A stretch of DNA of 32,000 nucleotides from Erysipelotrichaceae bacterium (GCA_028698185.1 JAQVDW010000004.1:76676-108675), one strand, 5' to 3'; counted from the stretch's first letter, positions 15,607 to 28,755 are shown. Made by a program: numbers and translations. Notes: generated from the letters alone by a model not told the origin.

Positions 15607-16995
15607 TTAACAAGACAGTATCAGCTGCCCGAGCAGCGTATACTCAAGCATGTTCGTGACTTTGACGATTTTGGGCAAGGATGATTTTTGTAAGTGGCGG
15701 CCCAGCTCATCGTAAAGCCGGTCCTCGTTGGTGATCAGGTCGCAGTACACGACAACGACCTCGGGAGCAATCAGGGCCATGATCGACAGGATGGTCTTGC
15801 TCACAAGCTCCAGGGAACCTTCAATGGTGCGGTTGAGAATCAGCGGACTGTCGGACAGGGCCATCGGAAGATACTGGATTTCGCCGGCCAGGTTGTGGCT
15901 GCCTTTGACCAGATTGCCGTTGATGACGATGCCGGCCCCGGAAAGATGGTGGATCGGCTGGAACAAGAAGGCCAGCGATTCGCATTTGTCCTGGCAGGCA
16001 TAGAAGCCCACCGCGGCGGTATTGACGTCATTGGCGATCACGATATCAACATCGTAACGTTCCTTGAGCATTTTTTCAAGATAGATGTTCTCAAATCCCC
16101 GGACACTCGTCGAACAAAGCAGCCCATCGTCGTTGATGATTCCCGGGGTCGACACGCCGATTGTCTCAATTTCGGGATGGTCTACCATGATCGCATCGAT
16201 CACATGGAAGATGTCCCCGGCCTTGACGTGGGGCTTGATGATTTCATCGTCGATGACGATATTCATGTCTTCTTCGTAGAGCCGGTAAGCCAGGTGGACC
16301 CGCTGGCTGTTGCGAAACAGGGAAAAGACAAGCACCGGCTTTTTATTGGCAACCTTCAGGCGGGCCCTTAAAAAGCCACTTTTTTTAGGTGTGACGTTCT
16401 TTTTTGCATAAGTGGCGGTGATCAGGTCGATGGCCGCCTTGACATCATAGGTGGCGAATATTTCACCGGGGATGATCTTTACCGCCTGCTCTTTTAAAAC
16501 CGCCTTGACTTTGTGGTAGACATGCCCGATCTGGGGTGCGAGCAGGATGACATCGTATTTGTGGCCCTGGTAAAAGACATTCTGGTAGCCAGTGGCGTCG
16601 ATGGTGAAGTGGAGATCGAGCAGCTCGACTCCCTGCTGGAGCTTGCTGGCAAAAAATGAGGTGGTCAGTCCGCCTGTGCAACAAAGCAGGACCCTGATGG
16701 CGGGTCGCGCGTCAATCTTCTCGATGCAGACGACCATCTCGTCGAAGAGCTTGACTGCCTGAAGAAGGCTTCGCATCTGGAAGTGGAGGTAGAATTCAAT
16801 CCGTCGGGTTGATTTGTTGGTGGTGGCAAGCTCGATGATATTGTCATGATAGAAGGTGATGGTGCTTGAAGATGACTTGTTTTCAATGGTGATCCGGTCG
16901 CTGGCCGCCATTTGAATTATAAAATCGGGATTATGGTGGCTTATAATCCATTTTTGAAAGAACACGACATTTAGAGTGCTGAAAAATTCATCCAT
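15607..16995 (-). CDS. Three-part fusion protein: unknown ~100-aa N-domain, PTS EIIB (lactose/cellobiose type) domain, and a non-canonical ROK-like sugar-kinase-fold domain
   Basis: Residues ~100-200, IRVLLCCTGGLTTSFFASKL...YDVILLAPQIGHVY...VKIIPGEIFATYD, align with E. coli ChbB (LFCSAGMSTSLLVSKM...DVVLLGPQIAYML). The C-terminal part carries ROK motifs: IGVSTPGII, ANDVNTAAVGF and GAGIVINGNLVKGSHNLAGEIQYL. It lacks the DxGGT phosphate-1 motif and the CxCGxxGC zinc motif. RBS AGGAGGG. Confidence 0.72.
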   Translation of the reverse strand: MDEFFSTLNVVFFQKWIISHHNPDFIIQMAASDRITIENKSSSSTITFYHDNIIELATTNKSTRRIEFYLHFQMRSLLQAVKLFDEMVVCIEKIDARPAIRVLLCCTGGLTTSFFASKLQQGVELLDLHFTIDATGYQNVFYQGHKYDVILLAPQIGHVYHKVKAVLKEQAVKIIPGEIFATYDVKAAIDLITATYAKKNVTPKKSGFLRARLKVANKKPVLVFSLFRNSQRVHLAYRLYEEDMNIVIDDEIIKPHVKAGDIFHVIDAIMVDHPEIETIGVSTPGIINDDGLLCSTSVRGFENIYLEKMLKERYDVDIVIANDVNTAAVGFYACQDKCESLAFLFQPIHHLSGAGIVINGNLVKGSHNLAGEIQYLPMALSDSPLILNRTIEGSLELVSKTILSIMALIAPEVVVVYCDLITNEDRLYDELGRHLQKSSLPKIVKVTNMLEYTLLGQLILSC

Positions 16996-17081
16996 AGTGA
17001 TCCCTCCTGTGACTTCGATATAACTGGTTATATTTTACCACGACCGGTCATACAGGGAAGGGATTTGCCGGAATATGAAAT

Positions 17082-17106
17082 AAAAATGCCAGCAATTCGA
17101 TGGCAT
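17082..17106 (-). terminator. Second (tandem) terminator downstream of gdhA
   Basis: The minus strand reads ATGCCA-TCGAATTGC-TGGCAT followed by TTTTATTT. Confidence 0.45.
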
Positions 17107-17133
17107 GAAGAATGATTGCGACATATTGGAATC

Positions 17134-17159
17134 AAAAAAGACCCGCTAAGGCGAGTCTT
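17134..17159 (-). terminator. Rho-independent terminator of gdhA
   Basis: The minus strand reads AGACTCGC-CTTA-GCGGGTCT followed by T6. Confidence 0.65.
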
Positions 17160-17172
17160 GAAATTGCAATGT

Positions 17173-18569
<1,397 letters not shown>

Positions 18570-18574
18570 AGTAT

Positions 18575-18603
18575 ATTTTATCAATAATTGTAAGCGGCGT
18601 CAA
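18575..18603 (-). promoter_or_regulatory. gdhA promoter
   Basis: The minus strand reads TTGACG-17 nt-TAAAAT. Confidence 0.5.
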
Positions 18604-18835
18604 ACATGAATTTTGGGCTCGCAGCACAATGGGCGCAAATGGCGCCGGTTGATAATGACGAAAGATTGTCTTTGACGGTCTGAAGATCAGGCCATCACAT
18701 GACTGCGTCGTAAGGGTGGACTTAACTGCATTAGCCGGTCTGGATTCGATTATCCGCTTATATGTTCATATCGTTGATCTGTCTACCTTGGATTAAAAAA
18801 TTGGAACCATGCGATATATCGGTTTTATGCCACAG

Positions 18836-18864
18836 TTGTCTTCCGTAGCGGATTTTGGTATAAT
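18836..18864 (+). promoter_or_regulatory. Extended -10 promoter of the GH3-like gene
   Basis: TTGTCT-17 nt-TATAAT preceded by TGG (TTTGGTATAAT). Confidence 0.5.
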
Positions 18865-18905
18865 TGTGTTACAGTAGTAAAATTATGAAATTTGGAGGGG
18901 AAGTT

Positions 18906-20093
18906 ATGTATTACAATCGAAAATCCAGTCAGGTCAAGCAGATCGCCATTCTGGTGTTGTTGATACTGATCTGGGCGGTGCTTTATTTCTTGCCGCTAGG
19001 TGATGATCAGGCCGTTGGGGACAACGTTGCAAGCGCAACTGACAATCAGGATGAGTCGCAAATGGAACAGTCCGGTGACCCGCTTGACTTGCAGGCGGGA
19101 GAACTTCTGTCGCAGATGAGTGTTGAACAGAAGGTGGCCCAGATGTTCATCATCACCCCTGAGGATTTGACGGGTGTGGCCCGGGTTACGGTGGCCGGAG
19201 GGACAACCCAGGCGGCTTTGAGCGAATTCCAGGTTGGGGGCCTTGTATATGGAAGCAGTAATATTGTCAGTCCCGAACAGATAAGCACGATGATTGCCAA
19301 TACCCAGACATATGCCCGTGAAGCTGGCGGTCTAAGCTTATTTGCCTGTATCGATGAGCAAGGGGGCGGTGCAAGCCAGCTTGCCGGTAATGAAAACTTC
19401 GGGACTGTTGAAACGGCCGATTTGAGCTCGTTGACCAGCCGCGATGAGGCATATGAGGTGGGCAACGAAATAGGGGCATATCTTAACAGCTACGGCTTCA
19501 ATGTCGACTTCGCTCCCCTGGGCAATCTCTTATATGATTTGAGCGATATCCAATCGTTCGGATCCAATCCCGATACAGTCGGCTTTCTAGCCGACGGGAT
19601 GGCCCAGGGGCTTATAGCCAATGGCGTCCTGGCGACGATGAAATACTTCCCGGCGCTGGAAGGGACAGCTGCCAGTGAAAAGACACTAGAACAGCTTCAA
19701 TCAAGCGATCTGGTTCCATTTGCTTCCGCCATCGAACAGAACATTCCTCTGATCATGGTTGGCCACGTGACAATGCCACAAATTGCTACGGACAACGTAC
19801 CATCCAGCCTGTCAAAAGCAGTGGTTACGGATCTTCTTAAAGGCGACCTCGATTACCAGGGACTGGTGGTCAGCGATGCCCTTAACAAGGAAACGATAAC
19901 TGCGGTTTACTCAAGCGACCAGGCGGCCATCAAAGCGATCCAGGCTGGCAATGACATGCTCCTGATGCCTGAAGAATTCACTTCGGCTTATCAAGGAGTC
20001 CTGGCTGCCATTGATAGCGGGGAAATTTCAATCGAGCAAATTGACCAGTCCGTAACCAAGATCATCAAAGCCAAGCTGCAATTGGAAAGCTAG
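18906..20093 (+). CDS. Membrane-anchored glycoside hydrolase family 3 N-terminal-domain protein (NagZ/YbbD-like, with divergent catalytic motifs)
   Basis: An N-terminal TM anchor is followed by GH3 motifs: KVAQMFII, IDEQGG, NVDFAPLGN, SFGSNPD and VVSDALNKE. The usual KHFPGHG is replaced by KYFPALEG. Start at 18906, after GGAGGGG. Confidence 0.78.
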   Translation: MYYNRKSSQVKQIAILVLLILIWAVLYFLPLGDDQAVGDNVASATDNQDESQMEQSGDPLDLQAGELLSQMSVEQKVAQMFIITPEDLTGVARVTVAGGTTQAALSEFQVGGLVYGSSNIVSPEQISTMIANTQTYAREAGGLSLFACIDEQGGGASQLAGNENFGTVETADLSSLTSRDEAYEVGNEIGAYLNSYGFNVDFAPLGNLLYDLSDIQSFGSNPDTVGFLADGMAQGLIANGVLATMKYFPALEGTAASEKTLEQLQSSDLVPFASAIEQNIPLIMVGHVTMPQIATDNVPSSLSKAVVTDLLKGDLDYQGLVVSDALNKETITAVYSSDQAAIKAIQAGNDMLLMPEEFTSAYQGVLAAIDSGEISIEQIDQSVTKIIKAKLQLES

Positions 20094-20107
20094 AACGGGG
20101 CCGCCAT

Positions 20108-20986
20108 ATGGAAATCACCAGTATCCTCAAGGAAAAGAAGAATTTCACGTATATTGAAACCTTGATCAGCGATTATCTCCTTGAAAAACAGGAAGACATT
20201 GCCAATCAAAGCGCCAGGTCGATTGCCAGCAAGCTAAATACCGCACCATCCAGCCTGACCCGTTTCGTCCAGAAAATAGGCTTTGCGGGATTCACGGAAT
20301 TCAAGACAGCCTATTTGAAGGAACTGGATTATCTGGCCAGCCATTTCAATGAAATCAATCCGAATTACCCTTTCGATTACAATGACAAGAATGTGGTGGT
20401 CGCCAACAAGATGGGCCAGCTCTACCAGGAGACCATCAAGGATCAGCTCAACTTGATTCATCATGACAGTCTTCAACTTGCCATCAATATCCTGCAAAAG
20501 GCCCGGACTGTTTATGTTTGTTCCGCCGGGGTGCAGATCGACGTTGCAAGGACATTCAAGGAAAAGATGGTAAAAATCGGCAAGGACGTGGTGATCGAGG
20601 ACAAGTTGGATGATGCCTTTTCGCGGGCATCGTTCTGCTTGGGGGATTGCGCCTTTATCCTGATTTCATATTCGGGGGAGACGGACCAGCTGCTCCGGAT
20701 TGCCGCCAAACTCAAGGGCCGCCAGGTCAAAACCGTGGCTTTGACCTCGTATGGATCCAACAGTCTGGCTTCAATGGCTGATGTAAGTCTGTATGTCTCG
20801 TCCCGGGAAAAGCTGATCGAGAACCTCGGTGATTTTTCAATGAACCTGTCAACCTTGTTTATGCTTGATGTGCTCTACATGAACATCTTCAATGATGATT
20901 ATCAGACAAATTATTCAAAAAAGGTGGCATCTTCGAAAGGTTTTCAGAAAAACCGGACGACCAAAAACCCTTTGTTGCAAGACTGA
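20108..20986 (+). CDS. MurR/RpiR family transcriptional regulator (HTH_6 plus SIS domain)
   Basis: The N-terminus, SARSIASKLNTAPSSLTRFVQKIGFAGFTEFK, is an RpiR HTH. The C-terminal part is a SIS domain: VYVCSAGVQ...ILISYSGET. Confidence 0.88.
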   Translation: MEITSILKEKKNFTYIETLISDYLLEKQEDIANQSARSIASKLNTAPSSLTRFVQKIGFAGFTEFKTAYLKELDYLASHFNEINPNYPFDYNDKNVVVANKMGQLYQETIKDQLNLIHHDSLQLAINILQKARTVYVCSAGVQIDVARTFKEKMVKIGKDVVIEDKLDDAFSRASFCLGDCAFILISYSGETDQLLRIAAKLKGRQVKTVALTSYGSNSLASMADVSLYVSSREKLIENLGDFSMNLSTLFMLDVLYMNIFNDDYQTNYSKKVASSKGFQKNRTTKNPLLQD

Positions 20987-21043
20987 CGCAACACTGTTGC
21001 AAGAAAACACTTGATAATTGCCAAATGTCGGCAACAATGTTTG

Positions 21044-21075
21044 AAAAGGCTCCCAAAATCTTGGCTGCCTTTTTT
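21044..21075 (+). terminator. Terminator after the rpiR-type gene
   Basis: AAAAGGC-T-CCAA-AATC-TTGG-CT-GCCTTTTTT. Confidence 0.5.
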
Positions 21076-21097
21076 GTTTGGATATAATGTAATTACA
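21061..21097 (+). promoter_or_regulatory. PTS operon promoter plus a 10-bp perfect palindrome at the transcription start
   Basis: TTGGCT-16 nt-TATAAT (21083..21088) is immediately followed by TGTAATTACA (21088..21097). Confidence 0.45.
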
Positions 21098-21132
21098 AAG
21101 ATATCTGAGTAAAACAAAAAAGGAGAGCGAAA

Positions 21133-24401
<3,269 letters not shown>

Positions 24402-25046
24402 ATGTATGATTGCATAGTGATGGACAGCGAATACTGTTCCATGGGGCGATGGATCTCGGTGATTGCGGGTGATGTGCTCAAGTTGAAACTGTATGAGGGC
24501 CGTGACCTTATCGCCCTGGCTGATGAAGAGTGGCTCGATGAGGCAAAGCTGGCCGATTTCGACAATTCCCTGGGGGATATGACGGCTGAACGGCTCAGGG
24601 AGGATGACGAATTCTGGAGGATCCATGCAGCCCTGTCCAAGGCGATCAAAAAAGCCGTTGCCTTGGGGCCGTGCATCATTCATGAGCGGGCTGCCAGTGT
24701 GATCTTGAGGGATGAATGTAAAATGTTGCGGGTCCATCTCTACAACACAAATATGACAAATCGCATTCCCCGGGCGATCGGCGACAAGACCTACGACCTT
24801 GAAGCCAAATCTAGAAGTGAGGTAATTGACTTCATCAAAAAAGAGGACAATAAGCGAAAGGTCTACCGGGACGTCGTGGAGCCGGGTAGCTGGGGTGTCA
24901 AAGAATCGTATGACTTATGTCTGGACAGTGATATGCTTTCCCGGGAAAAATGTGCGGAAATCCTGATCACTGCCTATAAAGATGTGGAAATCGACCTTGA
25001 ACATGCCCAGGAAGTTATCAGGGATTCGTTTGTCTGGAGCAAATAG
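24402..25046 (+). CDS. Cytidylate-kinase-like family protein with a degenerate P-loop
   Basis: IVMDSEYCSMGRWISVIAGDVLKLKLYEGRDLI resembles the I.I.REYGSGGR.I...LA..LG...YD..L opening of the Cytidylate_kin2 family. The start codon directly follows the GH1 stop (TGAATG). Confidence 0.6.
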   Translation: MYDCIVMDSEYCSMGRWISVIAGDVLKLKLYEGRDLIALADEEWLDEAKLADFDNSLGDMTAERLREDDEFWRIHAALSKAIKKAVALGPCIIHERAASVILRDECKMLRVHLYNTNMTNRIPRAIGDKTYDLEAKSRSEVIDFIKKEDNKRKVYRDVVEPGSWGVKESYDLCLDSDMLSREKCAEILITAYKDVEIDLEHAQEVIRDSFVWSK

Positions 25047-25138
25047 CCAATTCAAATGCCGCTTTCTGGTGCGTTTCCAGTATGCAGATTCACGAAGGTG
25101 TGATAAAATTTATGGTAATGAATCCAGGGGGTAATCAT

Positions 25139-25378
25139 ATGCGCTATGAATTGGAAGGTGTCTGTGCCCGGGCGGTGTCGTTCGATCTTGATGGCAAAGT
25201 GGTAAGGAATGTCCGTTTTGTCGGTGGTTGTCCGGGGAACCTGCTGGCCATCGGAAAGATTGTCGAAGGCATGGAAGCCGATATTGTCATCGAACGGTTC
25301 AAGAACAACCGGTGCCAGGACAAGGGGACATCTTGTGTCGACCAGTTCGCCAAGGCTTTGGAAAAAGCCCGGGGTTGA
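25139..25378 (+). CDS. TIGR03905-type TSCPD-domain 4-Cys protein
   Basis: The 79-aa product, Y.L.GVCARAVSFDLDGKVVRNVRFVGGCPGNLLAIGKIVEGMEADIVIERFKNNRC.DKGTSCVDQFAKALE, matches the family pattern. ATG follows AGGGGG. Confidence 0.78.
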   Translation: MRYELEGVCARAVSFDLDGKVVRNVRFVGGCPGNLLAIGKIVEGMEADIVIERFKNNRCQDKGTSCVDQFAKALEKARG

Positions 25379-25493
25379 ACGTGTTGTCTTATTCGACAAC
25401 ATCAAACTGATGAAAGGACTGCCTGAAGGCAGCGGGCATCTGCGTCATTTTCAATGTGACTTTGGCAGCTGATACCTTTTTTGGAGGAAGAAT

Positions 25494-25964
25494 ATGGATC
25501 ATAAAATGCGACGTGGCAAGCAACAGTTGAGTAATGAAAAGTGCAATGAGATACTCGACCGCAATACCAGCGGTGTCTTGAGTCTGCTTGGATTGGATGG
25601 TTATCCGTACGGAGTGCCGTTATCATATGTCCATAACAACGGCAGGATCATCTTCCACGGGGCCCTGACCGGCCACAAGATTGAAGCCATCCGCCACTGT
25701 GACAAGGCCTCGTTTTGTGTCATCGACCAGGATGAAGTTGTCCCGGAAAAGTTCACGACCAGATACCGGTCGGTCATAGCCTTTGGCAAAGTCCGTCTGC
25801 TCGATGATCCGGTTGAAATCGTTGCGAAAGCCAGAATTCTCACGCAAAAATATTCGCCCGGTTTCATGGACAAGGCGGATGCGACAATCCAGAGCGCCAA
25901 AGGAAGAATGAGTGTTTTCGAACTCGATATCGAAAGGCTTACCGGCAAGAGTTCGCTTCAATAG
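25494..25964 (+). CDS. Pyridoxamine 5'-phosphate oxidase-fold protein, Nim family, paralog 2
   Basis: It is collinear with the 1227..1703 product (roughly half the residues identical by eye): MRRGKQQLS...TSGVLSLLGLDGYPYGVPLSYV...GHKIEAI...ASFCVIDQDEVVPEKFTTRYRSVIAFGK. RBS GGAGGA. Confidence 0.85.
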   Translation: MDHKMRRGKQQLSNEKCNEILDRNTSGVLSLLGLDGYPYGVPLSYVHNNGRIIFHGALTGHKIEAIRHCDKASFCVIDQDEVVPEKFTTRYRSVIAFGKVRLLDDPVEIVAKARILTQKYSPGFMDKADATIQSAKGRMSVFELDIERLTGKSSLQ

Positions 25965-26051
25965 CCAGGCATGGCTGCTTTAAGACTGTATCCCGGCCAA
26001 TTCTGATCTGTATACAAAAATCAAGGTTCCGTTCCTTCTGGGTTCGGGCCT

Positions 26052-26080
26052 TTTTCATTTGGCTGGATATTTGGTATAAT
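26052..26080 (+). promoter_or_regulatory. Extended -10 promoter
   Basis: TTTGGTATAAT with a weak -35 (TTTTCA) at 17-nt spacing. Confidence 0.45.
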
Positions 26081-26106
26081 GGAAGCAAAGGAAAGCGGGT
26101 GAAACC

Positions 26107-27618
26107 ATGTTCAGGATACTTCTTACCGGGGCAAGCGGGACAATGGGGCAGGAATGTCTCAGGTATCTTGCCGGTTCAAACCATAATATCGAGGTGCATC
26201 TGGTCTTGCGGCCCAGTTCGAAAAACAGAAAACTGATCGGATCCTACCAGGGATGCCCGGGGCTTAAAGTCTGGTGGGGCGATATGACCGATTATGGTCT
26301 TATCTATCGGGCCATAGAAGACATCGACATGGTCATTCATGCGGGTGCCCTTGTTTCGCCGGAAGCTGACAGCCAGCCCAAAAAAACGATGGCGATCAAT
26401 TACGGTTCGACCTTGAATTTCCTGCGGGCCATTGATGCCCGGGATTACAACGCCAAAGTCCGTTTTGTCTATATTTCCTCTGTGGCGGTCATGGGGGATC
26501 GGATGCCGCCTTTTCACTGGGGCCGGGTCGGGGATCCGGTCATGCCTAGCATCTTCGACTATTATGCCCTGTCCAAGGCGGCCAGTGAGCGGGCTGTCAT
26601 CGAATCCAAACTCAAGGATTGGGTCGTCTTGCGGATGAGTGGCATCCTGGGGGCGAAGATGGCTCAAATCCAGGAGCCGATCATCTTCCACAATCCCCTC
26701 AACAATGTGCTAGAATATGTCACTTTGCCTGACGTCGGGCAAATGATCGCAAATCTGGTGTTCAAAAGCGCAAGCAGGACCCTGGATGAAGGCTTTTACC
26801 GCCACATCTACAATGTCGGGGGTGGCGCGACCTGCCAAATAGCGACGTGGCAACTGTACGAGAAAATATATGGGGACATCCTGGGATTCAGGGATCTCGA
26901 CAAGATCATCGAACCCCAGCTGTATGCCACCAGGAATTTCCACGGTCATTTCTATCTCGACAGTGCAAGACTGGACAGATTTCTTGATTTCCAGCATCAC
27001 GGCATGGAATATTTCTATGAGGAGTTCAAAAAGACCCTGGGGATGAAGTGTCTTTTCATCAGGTTTATAAACCGGCTGCCGATTTTAAGAGATCTCCTGG
27101 CCTGGTGGTTGCGGGAATCGTTCCGGAAAATCGCCCGCAAGCCTAAAGGACCGTTGAACCGGGATTTTATCAGCAGTCCTGGATACAATGTCTATTATGG
27201 AGCCGCAGTTTCGCCGGGATATTCGCGCTTTCCTTTTTGGAGGAATTACAGCCCAACCCGCCATTTCCATTATGGTCTCGATCTGGAGCGTGATGAAAGT
27301 GATCTTACGCTTGAAGATATCAAAAACGTGGCATCACTGCGGGGCGGGCGCTGCCTTAGCGATTCGATGGTTCCTGGTGATTGGGACAGCCCCAAGGAAT
27401 TTGTCTGCGCCAAGGGGCATGTCTTTTGGGCCAGTCCTCGGCTCATTATCGAAGGTGGCCACTGGTGTGGAGAATGTGGCAAGACCCACTGGGAGTATGG
27501 GGCGCTTATTGAGGGCAATCCGTTTTTAAGGCAGTTTTACCATGGCGATACAAATAGCTTTACTAAGAACGTCATTCCTGATGATGTCCATAAGGGATTA
27601 TTAAAAGACAAGATGTAG
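26107..27618 (+). CDS. NAD-dependent epimerase/dehydratase (extended SDR) family protein with a ~190-aa C-terminal extension ending in a zinc-ribbon-like module
   Basis: The N-terminus, ILLTGASGTMGQ, is a Rossmann motif, and YYALSKAASE is the YxxxK catalytic motif. The C-terminus, LRGGRCLSD...FVCAKGHVFWASPRLIIEGGHWCGECG, has a CxxxH...CxxC pattern. Confidence 0.75.
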   Translation: MFRILLTGASGTMGQECLRYLAGSNHNIEVHLVLRPSSKNRKLIGSYQGCPGLKVWWGDMTDYGLIYRAIEDIDMVIHAGALVSPEADSQPKKTMAINYGSTLNFLRAIDARDYNAKVRFVYISSVAVMGDRMPPFHWGRVGDPVMPSIFDYYALSKAASERAVIESKLKDWVVLRMSGILGAKMAQIQEPIIFHNPLNNVLEYVTLPDVGQMIANLVFKSASRTLDEGFYRHIYNVGGGATCQIATWQLYEKIYGDILGFRDLDKIIEPQLYATRNFHGHFYLDSARLDRFLDFQHHGMEYFYEEFKKTLGMKCLFIRFINRLPILRDLLAWWLRESFRKIARKPKGPLNRDFISSPGYNVYYGAAVSPGYSRFPFWRNYSPTRHFHYGLDLERDESDLTLEDIKNVASLRGGRCLSDSMVPGDWDSPKEFVCAKGHVFWASPRLIIEGGHWCGECGKTHWEYGALIEGNPFLRQFYHGDTNSFTKNVIPDDVHKGLLKDKM

Positions 27619-27727
27619 GTGAATCTTACCGTCTCTTTCGATAATTTTGCAGGATCTGAGGAATATGGGATCATTTTTGGTTAAGGTCCGGTCCAGACAA
27701 AATAAATCAACAATCGCAAACAGCGGG

Positions 27728-27756
27728 TTTTACGGGAAAAGTTTCTTTGGTATAAT
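27728..27756 (+). promoter_or_regulatory. Extended -10 promoter
   Basis: TTTGGTATAAT with a weak -35 (TTTTAC) at 17-nt spacing. Confidence 0.45.
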
Positions 27757-27785
27757 GGCCCTGATCATCAAAAGGAGGGACAGAT

Positions 27786-28652
27786 ATGCCGTTGCTAAAA
27801 ATAAATATCGCCGTGTTGCTTTTCGGGTTGGCGGGGATCCTGGCCAAATTCATCGATCTGCCGGCTTTGGCCATCACTTTTGGCCGGGTTTTCTTTTCTA
27901 GTCTGACGTTGCTTCTCTATTCCCGGGCGGTCCACCTGTTGGTGACACTAAAACGCAAGGATTTTATGCTTTTGGCCTTTGGCGGAACACTGCTGGCTTG
28001 TCATTGGTGGCTTTTTCTCGAGTCGATCAAGATGTCAAACGTGGCGATCGGGACAATCACCTTTGCCGCTTTCCCTTTGTTTTTGACATTTCTTGAGCCG
28101 CTGGTGTTCCATGAAAAAATCAGCCGGGAAAATGTGGCCGTATCCCTGGTGATCCTCCTGGGGGTGCTGGTCATGGTCGAGGATTTCAACCTGGCTAACG
28201 GGACGACAATCGCCATTTTGATTGGGCTGGTCAGTGCCTTTTTGTACAGCGTTCTTTCCCTTGTCAACCGCACTCTGGTCGCGGCCTATTCCGGGGTGAC
28301 CATCAGCTTATACCAGCATGCCGTGGCTATGGTGGTGTTGTTTCCGTATGTGGTGCGACTGGATTTCACCCTTGATTGGAAATCGCTTGGCCTCGTGGCG
28401 ATACTGGGAGTTGTGAGCACTGCTATCGGTCATGCTCTTTATGTCAACTCGTTGAAGCAGGTTGCGGTTCAGGTCGCTGGCATCATTTCCTCGCTCGAGT
28501 CGGTCTATGGCATAGTCCTGGCGGTCATATTGCTGGGTGAGATCCCAACTCTTCGGCAGGTGGCCGGAGGAGCGGTCATCATTATGGCTGTTGTGATAAG
28601 CCGGATGAAAAAAGACGGCCGGGAAAAAAGTACGGGCAAAATAATTGAATAA
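27786..28652 (+). CDS. EamA/DMT-superfamily transporter
   Basis: A ~10-TM protein with two EamA-like halves. RBS AAAGGAGGG. Confidence 0.82.
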   Translation: MPLLKINIAVLLFGLAGILAKFIDLPALAITFGRVFFSSLTLLLYSRAVHLLVTLKRKDFMLLAFGGTLLACHWWLFLESIKMSNVAIGTITFAAFPLFLTFLEPLVFHEKISRENVAVSLVILLGVLVMVEDFNLANGTTIAILIGLVSAFLYSVLSLVNRTLVAAYSGVTISLYQHAVAMVVLFPYVVRLDFTLDWKSLGLVAILGVVSTAIGHALYVNSLKQVAVQVAGIISSLESVYGIVLAVILLGEIPTLRQVAGGAVIIMAVVISRMKKDGREKSTGKIIE

Positions 28653-28755
28653 AATTGAAGCGCTTTCATCATTTTCGAAAACATTTGTGTTATAATTGAC
28701 TTGAATAATAGTGGCAAATATCAGTTGTTTTCAATACGGTGAAGGTGGTGTAAAT

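Noticed and set aside
15694-16371. A 225-aa plus-strand ORF antisense to the EIIB-ROK gene.
   Set aside because: The Asp/Gly/Val-rich translation has no family resemblance, while the minus-strand frame has EIIB and ROK motifs and a strong RBS.
18700-18780. A tRNA-like T-loop string (CTGGATTCGATTATCC) in the gdhA/GH3 intergenic region.
   Set aside because: The flanking bases do not form a T-stem, and no acceptor or anticodon arms can be drawn. It is not a tRNA or a credible tRNA remnant.
20987-21132. A RAT/terminator antitermination leader upstream of the beta-glucoside PTS gene.
   Set aside because: The only hairpin with a T-run (21044..21075) lies upstream of the predicted -10 box and fits better as the rpiR terminator. 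No BglG/LicT gene is present.
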